DNA of 64,000 nt. It comes from Chlorokybus atmophyticus. Lineage: Eukaryota; Plantae; Mesostigma and Chlorokybus algae. A program made the position numbers and the translations under genes. Where the stretch lies: NCBI GenBank assembly GCA_009103225.1, contig RHPI01001037.1, positions 248,001 to 312,000 on the forward strand, read 5' to 3'. The notes below the pieces were generated by a model. The model was not told the origin of the DNA, ran no database searches, and was given only the letters and a program-made list of their open reading frames with translations. Below are positions 61,041 through 64,000 of this stretch, piece by piece. Each line of letters starts with the position of its first letter. Position 1 is the stretch's first letter.

Positions 61041-64000
61041 AGGCTATGGTGGCACCCGGATACTAAAGCTCGTAACAAACTCAGCAAGTTGCATCAGAAT
61101 GGTTGGGCTTCATGTTAAGAACTAGTGTGCGTGTATGCGCCCTACCTCATACATGTGCTAGCACTAGGGGAACAACAAGTGCAATAGCATGTCAACAACA
61201 AAGAGAAGTATGTTCCAATTGTAGTTCCACCTGTATGCGCCATATACAGTGACTCATATACTAAGCTAGTCAACACCAGAAAAGACTAGTCAACCCTGGT
61301 AAAAGTCAACTCTAGTCAACACTAGTCAATGGTCAAAGTCAACCCTAGTAAACACTAGTCAATGGTCAAAGTCAACCCTAGTCAACCCTAGTCAATGGTC
61401 AAAGTCAAAGTTGACCATAACTCTTGTAACTCCCGTAACTCCTATTGATTGTAACTCCCATTGCATAACCGCTGCACATGGTCCAAGTATCATCAACAAG
61501 CTAACTGTACTTTAATCATACTATACTAGCAAACCTCATATGCTTAACCTGCAACATGTACTATAAGCATACTATACTAGCAAGCCTCATATGCTTATCC
61601 TTCAACACTTTAGAGTATCCAAAAGTTGTAGCCATTGGTGGGTCGCGTCAACAGTGGCCTGATGCCTAAGGACAAGATCGAGCAGCTTGAGTTGCACAAG
61701 CGCGGCTTTGATGCGCGTGTGCGCAATCAGCTGCAATACAACACAGCAACGGGACTGCTTTGGGTGCCTGTTGACTTGGCCATATTGCAAAAGCTGAGTG
61801 CATACATATATGATGACGACATGGCAACGCATGTTAAATAATATGTAGAAGCTGCGGCCAAGCCGTAGTGTGTGGGAGGCAAGCATTGCCATCAGTCGAG
61901 TATACATGCGGCACCGTAGGACTTATACGCCCCCCCACTGGTGCTACAACTGCTATGGGTGGTGTCGCGCCTGCTGCGGCTCGCAGCTGGTTTATGTGCC
62001 GTCAGCCGGGCCACATTGTGAATTATTATTATTCCTGCTCAAACAACGCGAAAGGCAAGGCCAAGAAAGCTAATTAGGATTACTCCGCAAGTGATGTAAA
62101 AGTGGTTGATAGCCAGCTGGAGATGCAAGCAGTAAACTAATTTGGTGCTCTATTAAGTGCATGTTATGATACATGCATGGCAAGCACATGATAAGCTGCC
62201 ACTTTTTGCTACTAAAAAAGTGGAAGAATGCTTGTGTGCTGGTTCATGTGAATTTCAACATGCTTATCAATATGTTGCATACTTTAAGTAAATTGCAAAA
62301 TAAGCACAAAACCTTGAGGTATTGTGTTAAGCAGGGACAGCATGATTGTCAGCAATTTTAATTAACCCTCGCAATAATTACGGACTTTTGACCACCTTTT
62401 AAGGGAGTGGTACCTTTGTTGTAAAGGTTTAATGGCATAGTGCAGCGTGTAAAGTTCGTTAATGATTGTTGTTGGTGCGACACATAACTTTGGTGAGGCA
62501 CAATGGGTTGTGCGCAATAAAGTAATGTGTAAACCTTCAGCATTTTAGCTGCCGGTGCTGGGGGTGCATTGCTAGTGAAAGGAGAAATAGAAACAAAGGT
62601 AAAGATTGGTGGTTATCATGCCAACGTCACCTTCATAGTGGTGTCCATCAACATGTTCGTGTTTATGTGGTATAGTGACATGAATGGCATAATGGTGTTT
62701 AAATGACATAGGATATTGGTGCACAGTTGTGCACAGTGAAAAAGAGCTATAAGCGTGTAATGCTGTCTGCAATAGGGTCACATAGCTTGGAAAATAAGCA
62801 AACTAACCCCGCGCTTCTCACTGCACTGCAAGTGAAGCGTGAAAACTCACCAGCTTTTCTGATGCACTTAATGTTATCTGACGACTTCGTGCCAGGTGGT
62901 GTTGTAGACATCATTGAGAAATATCAATACATATTCTCAAATGAGTTGCTAGGCTTACCCCCTAGTCGAGGTGTCGGATACAGAATACCATTGGTTCTTG
63001 ATAGTGCACCTCATTTTGGCCAACACATAGGTTAAGCCCCAATGAGAGGGAGGAAATGGAAACATATATACAGCCGTTGTTAAAAAAGGGATTAATGAAA
63101 TAAAGTTCTTCACCCTTTATTAATGCACCTATCTTGTTTGTGATGAAAAAGGAATGGGATATTGCGCATGTCTGCAGATTACCGTGCTTTGAACAAGGTC
63201 ACGTTAAAGAATCAATACCCGTTATCGCAAGTTGGTGATGTGTTTAATAAAATTTCGGGTAGTGCGAAATTTAATACGCTAGCCTTGACTAGTGGGTATT
63301 ATCAAATCCGTATTCACCCCTTTTCATGTTCACAATATGCCAATTAGAATACCCTCTGGTCACTATCAATGCAAAGTATTTCCATTTTTATTGACAAATG
63401 CACCTAAGTGTTGTAGAAGGAAATGTATAAAATGCTTGATGACATGTTTGGAAAGCATGTTATGGTTTATTCGAATAACATAATTGTCTTCGGTAATATA
63501 GAGAAGAGCACAAAAGGCATCTGAAAGCGGTGTTTGCTTTATTGCAAACACACCGCTGATTTGTCAACTTGTTAAAGTGTAACTTTTGCAAGACAGAGTT
63601 GGCATACTCAGGGCATATTGTTTGTGGCAAGGGTGTTAAACCTGACCCTCGCAAAGTGCAAATGGTTACAGAATGGCCTCCACACAAAAATATCCATTAG
63701 GCGCGATCATTGTTTGGGTTGGCAAACAATTTTGCAAGTTTGTGATGGGAAACTCTACGGTTGTGGTGCCTATAACTAAGCTGTTGCAAAAGGATGTCCC
63801 ATTGTTTTGGACAGCAGCACAAGAAGCTGCTATGCAACAAGTGAAGTTGGCCTTAATGTTGGCACCAATACTGGCATTGCCAAGTTGGGATGAACACTTC
63901 GCTGTGGTGAGCGATGCCTCCACCCTTAGATGTGGTGCAGACTTACTGCAAAAGGGCAGACCATGTACTTATGAGAGCAGAAAATTCATTCATCCCAATA
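61040..64000 (+). mobile_element. Decayed Ty3/gypsy element (gag, PR, RT, RNase H) running off the window
   Basis: ARNKLSKLHQ...KRGFDARVRNQL; CRQPGH knuckle relic; DYRALNKVTLKNQYPL...LTSGYYQIRI; APILALPSWDEHFAVVSDAS...LLQKGRPCTYESRK. Confidence 0.88.
61113..61607 (-). mobile_element. Solo LTR (family 2) inserted in the gypsy gag
   Basis: tgttaagaactag...ttcaaca; flanks cttca/cttta (4 of 5 TSD match). Confidence 0.88.

Overview
Eukaryotic, intron-containing DNA that looks like a green alga or early streptophyte (plant-type CHR24, TTTAGGG telo-boxes). The species cannot be determined from the sequence. The window has two compartments. About 1-21 kb is gene-dense with GC-rich exons: a CHR24/ERCC6L-type SNF2 helicase, a long coiled-coil gene spanning an assembly gap, clathrin light chain, RPF2 and NAC-beta/BTF3. 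About 21-64 kb is a nested, mostly decayed transposon array: several DIRS-like tyrosine-recombinase retrotransposon copies, Ty1/copia, Ty3/gypsy, pogo/Tigger-like DDE transposases, solo LTRs, two tiny TRIMs and a non-autonomous TIR element carrying a tRNA-like cassette. The most striking observations are: (1) two TRIMs with dissimilar LTR sequences whose 5'-LTR/PBS junction rebuilds a tRNA-type Pol III promoter, with box A in the LTR and box B after the PBS at identical 43-nt spacing; (2) an intron-rich Crypton-like tyrosine recombinase gene with zinc-ribbon and GCR1_C modules that appears to splice onward into a Ulp1/C48 SUMO protease; (3) a phase-compatible spliceosomal intron, containing a G-tract, inside the gag of the DIRS-like retrotransposon. 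All protein-family calls come from motif recognition by eye; no searches were run.
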